32,000 bases of DNA from Nostoc sp. PCC 7120 = FACHB-418 (GCF_000009705.1 NC_003272.1:930001-962000); one strand, 5' to 3'. Counted from the first letter of the stretch, positions 8,047-16,946 are shown. Numbers and translations: made by a program. Notes: generated by a model not told the origin, from the letters alone.

Positions 8047-8065
8047 CCCAATCCCCAATCCCCAG
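8047..8065. repeat. CCCCAAT heptamer repeats (STRR1-like)
   Basis: CCCAATCCCCAATCCCCAG lies in the convergent spacer between 7977 and 8079. Similar tracts occur at 10790-10815 and 31255-31290. Confidence 0.6.
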
Positions 8066-8078
8066 ATATATTACAGAT

Positions 8079-10262
8079 CTACGGACAACGTGGATGAACG
8101 CCGCCTTGAGTGCAAATATAAGCTAGTTGCTTGCCATCTAGATTTTTAGCTTGAGAAAAATCTACCCCTTTAACTACCGCAGATACTGAACCTAGTTCTG
8201 GTGTTTGTACGAATTGGTCTGCTGGGTCTTGTCTGCTGGGGGTGAGAATTGTGTCTTTAAAATCAGCACCGGCGACATTAGCTCCCCGCAAATCGACCAG
8301 ACTTAAATCAGCATTTCGCAAGTTAGCATTTTCCAGTTGAGCGGAGCGTAAAATTGCGCCTGTCATGCGAGTGGCGCTGAGGTCAGCATTGCTGAGATTT
8401 GCCCGTTCTAAATCAGCGCCGGAGAGGTCAGAACTTTGCCAATCGGTTTTAGTTAAGTTGGCAAACGATAATTGAGCGCCTATAGCGATGACTCGACTAA
8501 GACGCGCGCCGTAGAGATTGGCTTCTTGTAATTTAGCATCACCTAAATCAGCCCCTGTCAAGCTGGCATTTTCTAAAACTGTACCCCGCAAATCAGCTCC
8601 TACTAATTGGGCGCTGCTGAGGTTAGCACCAATTAAGCGTGCATTGGATAAATTGGCTCTATTGAGGGTGGCGCGGCTTAAATCGCTACGAGTCATGAGG
8701 ACGCGGCTGAGGTTAGCATCAGTGAAATTGGCTTGTTTCATCTGGGCTTGACTTAAATCAGCGATCGCATCATCATAGGTGTCCCAGCGTCCATCGTCAC
8801 CAACGCTCCGAAAACGGCTACCCTTAAAACTAGCTTGGTTAAGATTGGCAGATTTGAACTTAATGCCTGATAAATCAATGTTGTCTAAAATCAAGTTAAA
8901 AAAGGAACCACCCACAGTCCCACTTTGGCCTAGTTGAGTCCGGCTGAGATCAAGCCCTAAGGTTTTACCACTATAAACATTGAGAATTTTATTAATTGTC
9001 TGCTGGTTAATTTGTAAGCGTTTTTGTCGAGCCTCCCGTTCTGGAGATGCGCTACCAACAGAGTCTAATTCTGTCGCCAAAAACTGATTTTTGTTTTGTA
9101 ATTCGGGGATGGCGGCGGTGCCTACACTTGTAAGTGCCTGTTGGATGGTATCTATGAGGATGGGGTTAGTTTCCTTCACCATCATGTCCGTCAAAAACTG
9201 GATAGATTGGAAATCTTTCAGACTACCCAAAGCCAAAATTGTCCTTTGACGGTCTTCGATACTGGCTCCAGACTCAGGACTTAATTGTTTCACAAATTCC
9301 AAGAATTGCTGACTGTTAATTTTCTGCGATTCCCGATTCCCTTGCTGAGTTTGGATATAAACTTGAGTCCCAATTAAAGTAGCCAGTACAGCCGTCATAC
9401 TGGTAAGGGCAACACCAAATAAGGTGAGACTGGGGTTTTGCTGCATCCGTCGCCACAAGGAAATCAAGCTACTGTTGTCTGTGGTGATGACTTCTCCTTG
9501 GGGGTAGCTCATAGCCATTGCAGTTGTGGCTAAGGTGGCATTTCCTTCCTCCGGTTGAGGACTGACACCAGATAAACCTCGTCCATTTAGGGCTACATCT
9601 GGGGATGGTACAGGGCGATTGGCATCGACTACATAAGTACCCGCCAACCAATCATGTAAGGCTTTCCGTCCCCGACGTGCGGGTAAGGCCAAAGCTTCGC
9701 CTATGACCATCAACACTGCCAATGATGTAAACAAGCCCAAGTTGGGAAAGGCAAAACTGTAGCGCCAGAGAATGTAAGCAACGGACATGGGTACAGTCCA
9801 ACGACCAATACCTTCGCGGACGACAACGGTGGCTAAACCTGGGGGAGTGCCTTCTTCGTTGAGTACCTTCACACCAAACCAACGCTTGGGCAGAGTACTA
9901 CCTGTTTTTGCTAGTAAGTATAATTGCCACCAGGAAAGAGCTGTGGGTGCTAACAAAGCTAACATCCATAAGTAGTTAGTCGGCCAAGCTACATTCCGTA
10001 TACCATAGTCTGCCGGTAATGCCAAAGGTCTAGCGATCGCTCTTTCTGTAACTACTAGTGCTGGGTTGAGGGGTTCTCGATTAATATCACTTCTAGAATT
10101 GATATATACCCCTAGACCAAAAGGAACCAAACCAGTGGTAGCTAATAAGGTAATTTCTGTTGCCCAAGCGGCCAAGCGTCTTGTGGCTAGGGGTAGAGAA
10201 TTTGGTTTTACTAAATTTTTGCTTGGTGCATTATTACTTTTTTTAACAATTGGAGTCGTCAT
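8079..10262 (-). CDS. hglK: HglK-type protein: N-terminal RDD-family membrane domain, a central helical region and a long C-terminal pentapeptide-repeat domain
   Basis: ATG start; 727 aa, the length I recall for Anabaena HglK. RDD-like motif TLPKRWFGVKVLNEEGTPPGLATVVVREGIGRW with flanking TM helices. Dozens of consecutive A(D/N)LXX pentads (ANLNQASFKGS...ANLSNARLIGANLSSAQLVGADLRGTVLENASLTGADLGDAKLQEANL...). Confidence 0.8.
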   Translation of the reverse strand: MTTPIVKKSNNAPSKNLVKPNSLPLATRRLAAWATEITLLATTGLVPFGLGVYINSRSDINREPLNPALVVTERAIARPLALPADYGIRNVAWPTNYLWMLALLAPTALSWWQLYLLAKTGSTLPKRWFGVKVLNEEGTPPGLATVVVREGIGRWTVPMSVAYILWRYSFAFPNLGLFTSLAVLMVIGEALALPARRGRKALHDWLAGTYVVDANRPVPSPDVALNGRGLSGVSPQPEEGNATLATTAMAMSYPQGEVITTDNSSLISLWRRMQQNPSLTLFGVALTSMTAVLATLIGTQVYIQTQQGNRESQKINSQQFLEFVKQLSPESGASIEDRQRTILALGSLKDFQSIQFLTDMMVKETNPILIDTIQQALTSVGTAAIPELQNKNQFLATELDSVGSASPEREARQKRLQINQQTINKILNVYSGKTLGLDLSRTQLGQSGTVGGSFFNLILDNIDLSGIKFKSANLNQASFKGSRFRSVGDDGRWDTYDDAIADLSQAQMKQANFTDANLSRVLMTRSDLSRATLNRANLSNARLIGANLSSAQLVGADLRGTVLENASLTGADLGDAKLQEANLYGARLSRVIAIGAQLSFANLTKTDWQSSDLSGADLERANLSNADLSATRMTGAILRSAQLENANLRNADLSLVDLRGANVAGADFKDTILTPSRQDPADQFVQTPELGSVSAVVKGVDFSQAKNLDGKQLAYICTQGGVHPRCP

Positions 10263-10321
10263 TTTTAGATAATTCCCTTTAAGTTTATTCTTTGCCGCAT
10301 TCCGGCATCGTTAACATAAGA

Positions 10322-10649
10322 CTATTGCTTATTTTGAGAATTGCCAGATACAAAAAATTTGTATCCAAGATACACTAACCCAGCTAACAGCGCCAAAGAT
10401 ATTGCCGATACAACGACTTTTAACACCATCTGGGCGATCGCTATGCCTAATACTACCGACACACCCACAACTATTAGCTTTTTTTGCCCCAGATAAGCCA
10501 TTAAACCAGAGTTGTAATTTCCGAAAACTAGCGTTCTGATTTAGCCAATTCAACGGCGAATTTTTTTCTGGTGCTGGAGACTGGGCATTCATATCCGCCT
10601 CTAGTTGTTGGAGACGACGCTCTAAATCATCTTCTGGTTGAGGACTCAT
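10322..10649 (-). pseudogene. Small coiled-coil plus 2-TM membrane protein gene, interrupted by a +1 frame change at an A7 homopolymer
   Basis: Frame A (10649 to 10329) starts MSPQPEDDLERRLQQLEADMN...LQLWFNGLSGAKK, then degenerates into Cys/Trp/Ser-rich sequence. After the A7 run (T7 on the plus strand, 10479-10485), the +1 frame reads LIVVGVSVVLGIAIAQMVLKVVVSAISLALLAGLVYLGYKFFVSGNSQNKQ* (stop at 10322-10324). An A6 run would fuse the two parts seamlessly. Alternatively, a 59-aa ORF starts at ATG 10501, just below the ORF-track cutoff. Confidence 0.5.
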
Positions 10650-11009
10650 GAATCTTTTTTACCTCAGTTAAGATATTTAACAAACGGAATTTGGGATGAG
10701 AGAAATGTAAGAAGCCAGGAGCAGAAAGCAGGGTAACAGGTAGCAGAAGGGAGAACTTACTGGAAGATTTTCCCTTTGCCCCAATTCCTAATTCTTCCCA
10801 ATCTCCAGTCCCCATTCCCTCTTTTCAATACAGCTATCCTATTAATTAGACACTTTATCTAATCTTTAACATTTAGCCATATAGTCATTAAATTAGTAGA
10901 TAAAATTTTATACAATCCATTTTGGAACATAGACGTAATAGCAACGTCTTTTAACTCAGACTATTTATTATATATATCGCTCTAAAAATAGTCGGGAGCA
11001 TTAATTCAT

Positions 11010-11471
11010 ATGAAGAAGTTTAGCCTATTTAAAGTTGTTCCCGCAGCTTTAGCGATGATTTTAGCATCAAGTCAAGCTAATTTAGCACAAGTACCATCAA
11101 TTCAGATCGATAGGAAATTGCCTTCAGAGCCATTGGTCTTGAGTGGTCAGTCTGGTGGAACAGTCAAAAGCAATTGTGGCAATGTTGCGGCTACAGCCAA
11201 TCAAATTCTCCAAGTTACAGAAGCACTACCTTATCTACGATTGACCGTTGAAGGTCAAGGCAAACCCACATTATGGATTGATGGGCCTGGTGGACGTTTC
11301 TGTGTTATGGCAGATACTTACTCAGGCAGTAAAGCTGAACTATCAGGTTATTGGCAGCCAGGAAGGTACTCGCTAAAAGTAGGGAATCTATTACCAGGAC
11401 AGCATAATTACAACCTCTCAATTTCGCAAGAAAAGCTGCCAAACAGCAGCAAAAGTATCCAGTCTCGGTAA
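11010..11471 (+). CDS. Secreted hypothetical protein (153 aa)
   Basis: ATG start. Sec signal peptide MKKFSLFKVVPAALAMILASSQANLAQ. Beta-rich mature part with two Cys (SNCGN, RFCVM). No family recognised. Confidence 0.65.
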   Translation: MKKFSLFKVVPAALAMILASSQANLAQVPSIQIDRKLPSEPLVLSGQSGGTVKSNCGNVAATANQILQVTEALPYLRLTVEGQGKPTLWIDGPGGRFCVMADTYSGSKAELSGYWQPGRYSLKVGNLLPGQHNYNLSISQEKLPNSSKSIQSR

Positions 11472-11560
11472 ATTGGGGATTGGGAAAAGGCAGGGAAGCA
11501 AAAAACTCTGAACAATAGAGCTTACCCATGAAAACGAAACATCAAGGGTTTGGACAAAGA

Positions 11561-11755
11561 TTAGTGCTTGCTTTTAAAACTAGACAGACAAGCTTCTAGG
11601 TGTGGACAGTCTTCGCACTGAATTTCTTTACCAGGGTTAGCACATCCACAAGGAGGATTAACAAAACAATCATTTGGATTTGTGGGGAATAAATGCTTTT
11701 TGCATAGAAATTGTAAGGCGGCTTCATGTAGGCAAAAAATACAATCTTGCAACAT
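11561..11755 (-). CDS. Cys-rich small protein (64 aa, 9 Cys), possible metal/redox protein
   Basis: Preferred ATG at 11755, 6 nt downstream of GAGGAG (the track ORF starts at GTG 11797). Cys pattern DCIFC...C...DC...PPCGC...QCEDC...EAC. Confidence 0.55.
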   Translation of the reverse strand: MLQDCIFCLHEAALQFLCKKHLFPTNPNDCFVNPPCGCANPGKEIQCEDCPHLEACLSSFKSKH

Positions 11756-11778
11756 TATCATCTCCTCATAAGGTGGAA

Positions 11779-11979
11779 TTATGATGCTACTGACCACCTA
11801 ATCCAAGCTGAAACTTTGTCTTCCACTACAAACACTCGTTTTTGCGAATTAGCGGTTTCCGCCACCAGCACTTTCAGTGTCACCGTATCTATATTGTTAA
11901 TTAGGTAGTTTCCGTAACCAACAACTTTTCCCCAATGCCCAGTTTGTTGGTTAAGTACATAATCTCCTGTGGAGAACAT
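11779..11979 (-). CDS. Small hypothetical protein (66 aa), first gene of a two-gene small-protein operon
   Basis: ATG start. MFSTGDYVLNQQTGHWGKVVGYG...TLKVLV...VFVVEDKVSAWI has SH3/KOW-like beta character. Its stop lies 23 nt upstream of the preferred start of the Cys-rich ORF. Confidence 0.5.
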   Translation of the reverse strand: MFSTGDYVLNQQTGHWGKVVGYGNYLINNIDTVTLKVLVAETANSQKRVFVVEDKVSAWIRWSVAS

Positions 11980-12356
11980 AACAGTATTACAACTTTTAAA
12001 AATAGATTCAACATTCTATATTGATTCTGGATGAACAATTTAGTAAAAGCCTCATACTTGTAGATTGTTCTAATTGAAACCCCAGAAATATATTCCAGTT
12101 ATTTATTCTCTTCCCTTGGATATAATCAGGACTTATGCACCCAGGTTATCTGTTGAGATTGGGTGTAAGGGTGTAAGTGTCCGAACCCTTGATTGTTCGT
12201 TCTCATGGGTAAGTCTTAGCCTCTGTGCAACTTTTTTCTCGTCTTTACGTCTCACACTAACAATACCTACTTACCTACCGTAGATATTGCTACGTCATAC
12301 TATTTGCTACGCCCTATAACTATAGGACTAGTATTTGATTTATGAAATATAAGTAG

Positions 12357-12402
12357 GGTGGGCATTGTCCACCGTATCATGGTTGTGGTGGGCAATGCTC
12401 AC
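12357..12402. repeat. Two degenerate copies of the GTGGGCA-N-TGCCCAC palindrome
   Basis: GGTGGGCATTGTCCACC (12357-12373) and GGTGGGCAATGCTCAC (12387-12402). Each is one mismatch away from a perfect hairpin. Confidence 0.5.
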
Positions 12403-13251
12403 TCTAATACTAGTTAGCCTGAAATTTTCATAAAAACCCCATTATAATGGCTGGGAAACTTGCATTCATAGCTGATTAAATGGCGGATAACAGGAGCAAA
12501 TGCTGTTAATCACTAATTATTGGTGAAATTAGCAAAAATACTCAATTTATTTTCAGTAAAATCACCCTTATTTAAACTAAGCTGTTGAGTTTATGCTATC
12601 GTTTCAAATATTACTTGCTAGTCTCCGTTTTCCTATCTTATCTTGCATTAATTTATAGCTGAATGTATTGCTGTGATTAATTTATAGGTAATTGGCTTTC
12701 TAAAGCACAGCATTTAATCTTTCAGTGGTGTACAATATATGATCCTTGCGAAGTATTGACTTTTTGGAGATTGTAATTATTCATATTGCATATTTTCACA
12801 AAAAGTTATAAATTATTAATTTGTAGGGGAAAATGAGTCTTTAAAACTAAATCCTAATTCATTAAGGATATGAGGAGCCACTAAGACTTCATCTAAACCT
12901 TAAATAGCCCCAGGGATATGTTTTTATTTGGTAAAGCATAGTTCCAGAAACAATAATGGAACGACAGATAATCTAAAAATATATCTTTATAGTACGGTTT
13001 TTAGTAATTACTCGATAAGTTGAGGTAATTAATTGCAGTTATAGCTGTAACTTATCACAAACATCAGTGATTGCTAGTAAATTAATTGTGCATTCAGAAT
13101 TCTAAAAATCAACGGCTTTTAAAATTTATAGTCGGCTGTTATCTCAATTAATGTAGGCTATTTAAACAATTATCTTTGCTATTTATGCGAAGGTAATACT
13201 ACCAAAGCGCATCTACCAAAAATTCACACCCCCAATGGAGTTAATCTGGCG

Positions 13252-14703
13252 ATGCAGAAGCTAAACGGACTGCTAACAAATGACATCATAGAAGAATCAG
13301 CATGGGAAGCTCTAGAAAAATCGATTTTATATTATAAAGGTCGTCCAGTAGGGACGGTTGCAGCCTTTGATGCTTCTGTAGAAGCATTAAATTATGACCA
13401 ATGTTTTGTGAGGGATTTTGTTTCATCAGCCCTAATTTTCTTGATTAAGGGTAAAACAGATATTGTCCGCAACTTTCTAGAAGAAACATTAAAATTACAG
13501 CCTAAAGATAGACAGTTAGATGCTTATAAGCCAGGGCGGGGATTAATTCCAGCTAGCTTTAAAGTAGTCTCAGATAATGGTGAAGAATATTTAGAGGCAG
13601 ATTTTGGTGAACACGCGATCGCACGCGTTACACCAGTTGATTCTTGTTTATGGTGGATTCTTTTATTGCGTGCCTATGTAGTAGCCAGCAAAGATTTTTC
13701 TTTAGCATATCAGCCAGAATTCCAAACAGGTATTCGGCTAATTATGGAAATATGCTTGGCAAATCGTTTTGATATGTATCCAACATTATTGGTTCCTGAT
13801 GGTGCCTGCATGATTGACCGCCGTTTAGGTATTTATGGTCATCCTTTGGAACTACAAGTTTTATTTTATGCGGCGTTACGTGCAGCCCGTGAAATGTTAA
13901 TTTGCCAAGGAAATCAAGATGTTGTGGAAGCAATTGATAACCGCCTACCGCTTTTGTGCGCCCACATCCGCCAACATTATTGGATAGATATTAATCGCTT
14001 AAATGCAATTTATCGCTTCAAGAGTGAAGAATACGGTAAAGCAGCCGTCAACTTATTTAACATTTATGTAGACTCAATTCCCTATTACGAATTAGATAAA
14101 TGGTTGCCTAAAAAAGGTGGTTATTTAGCTGGTAATGTTGGCCCTTCCCAGTTGGATACTCGCTTTTTTGCCCTGGGTAATTTGATGGCGATTATTTCTG
14201 ACTTAGCCACAGAGGAACAGTCACAAGCCATTATGACTCTCATCGAAGATAGATGGGAAGATTTGGTAGGAGATATGCCAATGAAAATTTGCTACCCAGC
14301 TTTAGAAAATGAAGAATATAGAATTGTCACAGGGTGCGACCCAAAAAATATACCTTGGTCGTATCATAATGCAGGAAGTTGGCCAGTTTTGATGTGGATG
14401 CTAGCAGCAGCATCTGTAAAAGCTGGTAAACCTTATATAGCAGGTAAAGCTATTGAAATTGCTCAAGCACGCCTTTTAGAAGATGAGTGGCCAGAGTATT
14501 ACGACGGCAAGAAAGGAAGACTCATTGGTAAACAAGCCAGAAAATATCAAACCTGGACAATAGCTGGCTTTTTATTAGCGGCGGAATTGATGAAAAATCC
14601 TTCCCTTTTGTCATTAATTAGTTTTGATAAACTACCATCAGAATTGGTTTCCAGAGCGTGTGAATTTGAAATTGGCAGTGTAGATGCTTCTATATCTCGA
14701 TAA
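13252..14703 (+). CDS. invB: Alkaline/neutral invertase (GH100 family)
   Basis: ATG preceded by GGAG. GH100 blocks recognised by eye: [90 protein letters not shown]. The 483-aa length matches my recollection of Anabaena InvB, so the symbol rests on memory. Confidence 0.85.
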   Translation: MQKLNGLLTNDIIEESAWEALEKSILYYKGRPVGTVAAFDASVEALNYDQCFVRDFVSSALIFLIKGKTDIVRNFLEETLKLQPKDRQLDAYKPGRGLIPASFKVVSDNGEEYLEADFGEHAIARVTPVDSCLWWILLLRAYVVASKDFSLAYQPEFQTGIRLIMEICLANRFDMYPTLLVPDGACMIDRRLGIYGHPLELQVLFYAALRAAREMLICQGNQDVVEAIDNRLPLLCAHIRQHYWIDINRLNAIYRFKSEEYGKAAVNLFNIYVDSIPYYELDKWLPKKGGYLAGNVGPSQLDTRFFALGNLMAIISDLATEEQSQAIMTLIEDRWEDLVGDMPMKICYPALENEEYRIVTGCDPKNIPWSYHNAGSWPVLMWMLAAASVKAGKPYIAGKAIEIAQARLLEDEWPEYYDGKKGRLIGKQARKYQTWTIAGFLLAAELMKNPSLLSLISFDKLPSELVSRACEFEIGSVDASISR

Positions 14704-14743
14704 ATTTTTATTTACACTTATATGCTCTAAAATTTTATTGCGT

Positions 14744-14776
14744 AACCCCTTGTAATTGCCAGGGGTTTTTTATTTT
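14744..14776 (+). terminator. Rho-independent terminator of the invertase gene
   Basis: AACCCCT-tgtaattgcc-AGGGGTT followed by TTTTATTTTT, located 41 nt after the stop. Confidence 0.75.
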
Positions 14777-14827
14777 TCATCTCCCAGAATGTTGGGATAG
14801 GGCAAATTCTATACTCGAAAATTTTCC

Positions 14828-16177
14828 ATGACAAATTCCCGTCAAATAGCTTTTATCGCCTTGAGAGATGTGCATAAAGGGGCTTATACAGATGTTGCTT
14901 TAGATAGAGCATTGCAAAAAGCAAATTTATCAGATATTGACCGCCGGTTGGTGACAGAATTACTTTATGGCAGTGTGAGAAGACAACGGACTCTTGATTT
15001 TATTATTGACCAACTCGCCAAAAAGAAATCACACCAACAGCCAACAGAACTCCGCAGTATCTTACATTTAGGTTTATATCAACTGCGTTATCAAGAGCGT
15101 ATCCCTGCTTCTGCGGCTGTGAATACTACTGTGGAATTAGCGAAAGATAATGGTTTTGCTGGGTTGACAGGTTTTGTTAATGGTTTATTACGGCAATATA
15201 TCCGGTTGGCTGAAGCATCACCAGACTTTCTCGAACTCCCAGAAAATCCGGTGGAAAGGTTGGGAATTTTACATAGCTTTCCTGACTGGATTATTAAAGT
15301 ATGGTGGGAACAGTTGGGTTTGACGGAGACAGAAAAACTCTGTGAATGGATGAATCAAACACCAACCCTTGATTTGAGAGTCAACCCCTTACTTGCTTCC
15401 GTTGCAGAAGTGGAAACAGCTTTAAAATCGGCTGGGGTTTTGGCTAGACCTATTCCTCATTTACCCCAAGCTTTACGACTCATTGGCAATAATGGTTCTA
15501 TCCAAAAGCTTCCAGGGTTTAGCCAAGGTTGGTGGATTGTACAGGATGCTAGCGCTCAGTTAGTTGGTCATTTGCTTGATCCCCAACCTGGTGAAGTGAT
15601 CATTGATGCTTGTGCTGCACCGGGGGGGAAGACGACTCACATTGCTGAGTTAATGAAAGATGAGGGAAAAGTTTGGGCAGGCGATCGCACTGCTTCACGT
15701 TTGCGTAAACTGAAAGAGAATGCCCAACGCCTGAATTTACACTCGATTGAGATTTGCATCGGTGACAGTCGCAACTTACCACAATTTTATGATGTTGCTG
15801 ACCGTGTTTTACTGGATGCCCCATGTTCTGGCTTGGGGACTTTGCACCGCCATGCTGATGCGCGCTGGCGACAAACACCAGAATCTGTCCAAGAACTCTC
15901 GATGCTGCAAAAGGAACTATTAGCACATACATCAAAATTTGTCAAAGTTGGGGGTGTGCTGGTTTATGCCACTTGCACGTTACATCCAGCAGAAAATGAA
16001 GAAGTAATTACGGAATTTGTGGCGGGGAATTCTGATTGGCAAATTGAGCCGCCTAGACCCGATTCGCCTTATTCTGCCTACACTACACCACAAGGCTGGC
16101 TGAAAGTTTGGCCTCACAATCAAGATATGGACGGCTTTTTCATGGTGCGCTTAAGAAAAACCAACGTTTCCGAATGA
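14828..16177 (+). CDS. rsmB: 16S rRNA (cytosine-C5)-methyltransferase RsmB/Sun
   Basis: NusB-like N-terminal domain. SAM-binding motif DACAAPGGKT. Catalytic Cys motifs DAPCSGLGT and YATCT. Confidence 0.9.
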   Translation: MTNSRQIAFIALRDVHKGAYTDVALDRALQKANLSDIDRRLVTELLYGSVRRQRTLDFIIDQLAKKKSHQQPTELRSILHLGLYQLRYQERIPASAAVNTTVELAKDNGFAGLTGFVNGLLRQYIRLAEASPDFLELPENPVERLGILHSFPDWIIKVWWEQLGLTETEKLCEWMNQTPTLDLRVNPLLASVAEVETALKSAGVLARPIPHLPQALRLIGNNGSIQKLPGFSQGWWIVQDASAQLVGHLLDPQPGEVIIDACAAPGGKTTHIAELMKDEGKVWAGDRTASRLRKLKENAQRLNLHSIEICIGDSRNLPQFYDVADRVLLDAPCSGLGTLHRHADARWRQTPESVQELSMLQKELLAHTSKFVKVGGVLVYATCTLHPAENEEVITEFVAGNSDWQIEPPRPDSPYSAYTTPQGWLKVWPHNQDMDGFFMVRLRKTNVSE

Positions 16178-16234
16178 TTACTATCAGGGATAGTACGATT
16201 TGATTGAAGCCTGAATCTCCCAGAGGAGGCAGCG

Positions 16235-16657
16235 ATGGTGACAGATTCCAATGTAAAAAATTTAGTTAAAATCTTGATAGGTGCTGCTTGGATTGATGGC
16301 AAAATTCAACCAGAAGAACGGCAATATCTGCGCGAGATAGCCCAAGCTAAAGGTTTGGCTAGCGATCCAGAGATTAAGCCTTGGCTGTATGAGTTAGTTG
16401 CTGTCAAACCCAATGAATGCTACAAGTGGGTGAAAGAATATCTAGGCGATCGCCCTAGTCTCGAAGATTGCGAACATTTGATCGAAGCCATTAGTGGTCT
16501 GATTTATAGTGATGGGGAAGTAGCGATTGAAGAAGCAAAGCTCCTGACAAAACTACAGGATCTAGCAAAATCAAACGAATCAAACCAATCAGCTCATACT
16601 GTACTGTTAAAGCAGATCCAACAACTGTATCGGCGTTGGGTAGAAGTTCAAAATTAA
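16235..16657 (+). CDS. TerB-like (tellurite-resistance TerB / DjlA-N type) helical protein
   Basis: ATG with GGAGG 5 nt upstream. Two pseudo-repeats of the D-G-x-(I/V)-x-x-EE motif (AAWIDGKIQPEERQYL and LIYSDGEVAIEEAKLL). Confidence 0.65.
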   Translation: MVTDSNVKNLVKILIGAAWIDGKIQPEERQYLREIAQAKGLASDPEIKPWLYELVAVKPNECYKWVKEYLGDRPSLEDCEHLIEAISGLIYSDGEVAIEEAKLLTKLQDLAKSNESNQSAHTVLLKQIQQLYRRWVEVQN

Positions 16658-16718
16658 CTATAGTCAAAAGTCCATAGTCCAGACTTGATTGACTAAACGA
16701 CTAATGACTAATAACTAA

Positions 16719-16946
16719 TTAAGACTTCGGTTCGCCCAGACCCGGAGTTTCTTCTTTTTCCACCTTAGGGACGAAATCTGGACGATCTTTGCTTTCCCAA
16801 CCAACAGGACGTTTCGAGTTGTACCAAGCAATGGAGCCAATGGTGACAGCCGCAATAAAGCCAACTACATACACCAACGTAAAAGCTGTGGGGAAGTGAT
16901 TTCCACCCGTAGCGATCGCATTTGCTGCCTGCATCAATATACGCAT
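16719..16946 (-). CDS. Small single-pass membrane protein conserved in cyanobacteria (possibly Psb35-related; unverified)
   Basis: ATG start with AGGAA upstream. One TM helix (FTLVYVVGFIAAVTIGSIAW) followed by YNSKRPVGWESKDRPDF and an acidic tail. Confidence 0.6.
   Translation of the reverse strand: MRILMQAANAIATGGNHFPTAFTLVYVVGFIAAVTIGSIAWYNSKRPVGWESKDRPDFVPKVEKEETPGLGEPKS

Noticed and set aside
8518-8751. 77-aa plus-strand ORF, together with the ORFs at 9469-9882 (-) and 9787-10272 (+), inside or antisense to hglK
   Set aside because: The translation is low-complexity and periodic, mirroring the antisense of the A(D/N)LXX repeat DNA. There is no RBS, and the ORFs are wholly embedded in a far better supported 727-aa gene.
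10263-10330. A heterocyst-specific DIF (TCCGGA) or NtcA motif upstream of hglK
   Set aside because: Only GCCGGAAT is present, which is not the TCCGGA core, and it forms part of a weak 4-bp hairpin. No GTA-N8-TAC motif occurs in this spacer.
10627-10815. 62-aa minus-strand ORF upstream of the frameshifted small gene
   Set aside because: It overlaps the start of the better-supported ORF, runs through a CCCCAGT-type repeat tract, and has no RBS.
12074-12283. 69-aa plus-strand ORF in the long invB upstream region
   Set aside because: It starts at a non-ATG codon without an RBS, spans the GGGTGTAA octamer repeat block, and its composition (Ser/Leu/Cys-rich) looks non-coding.
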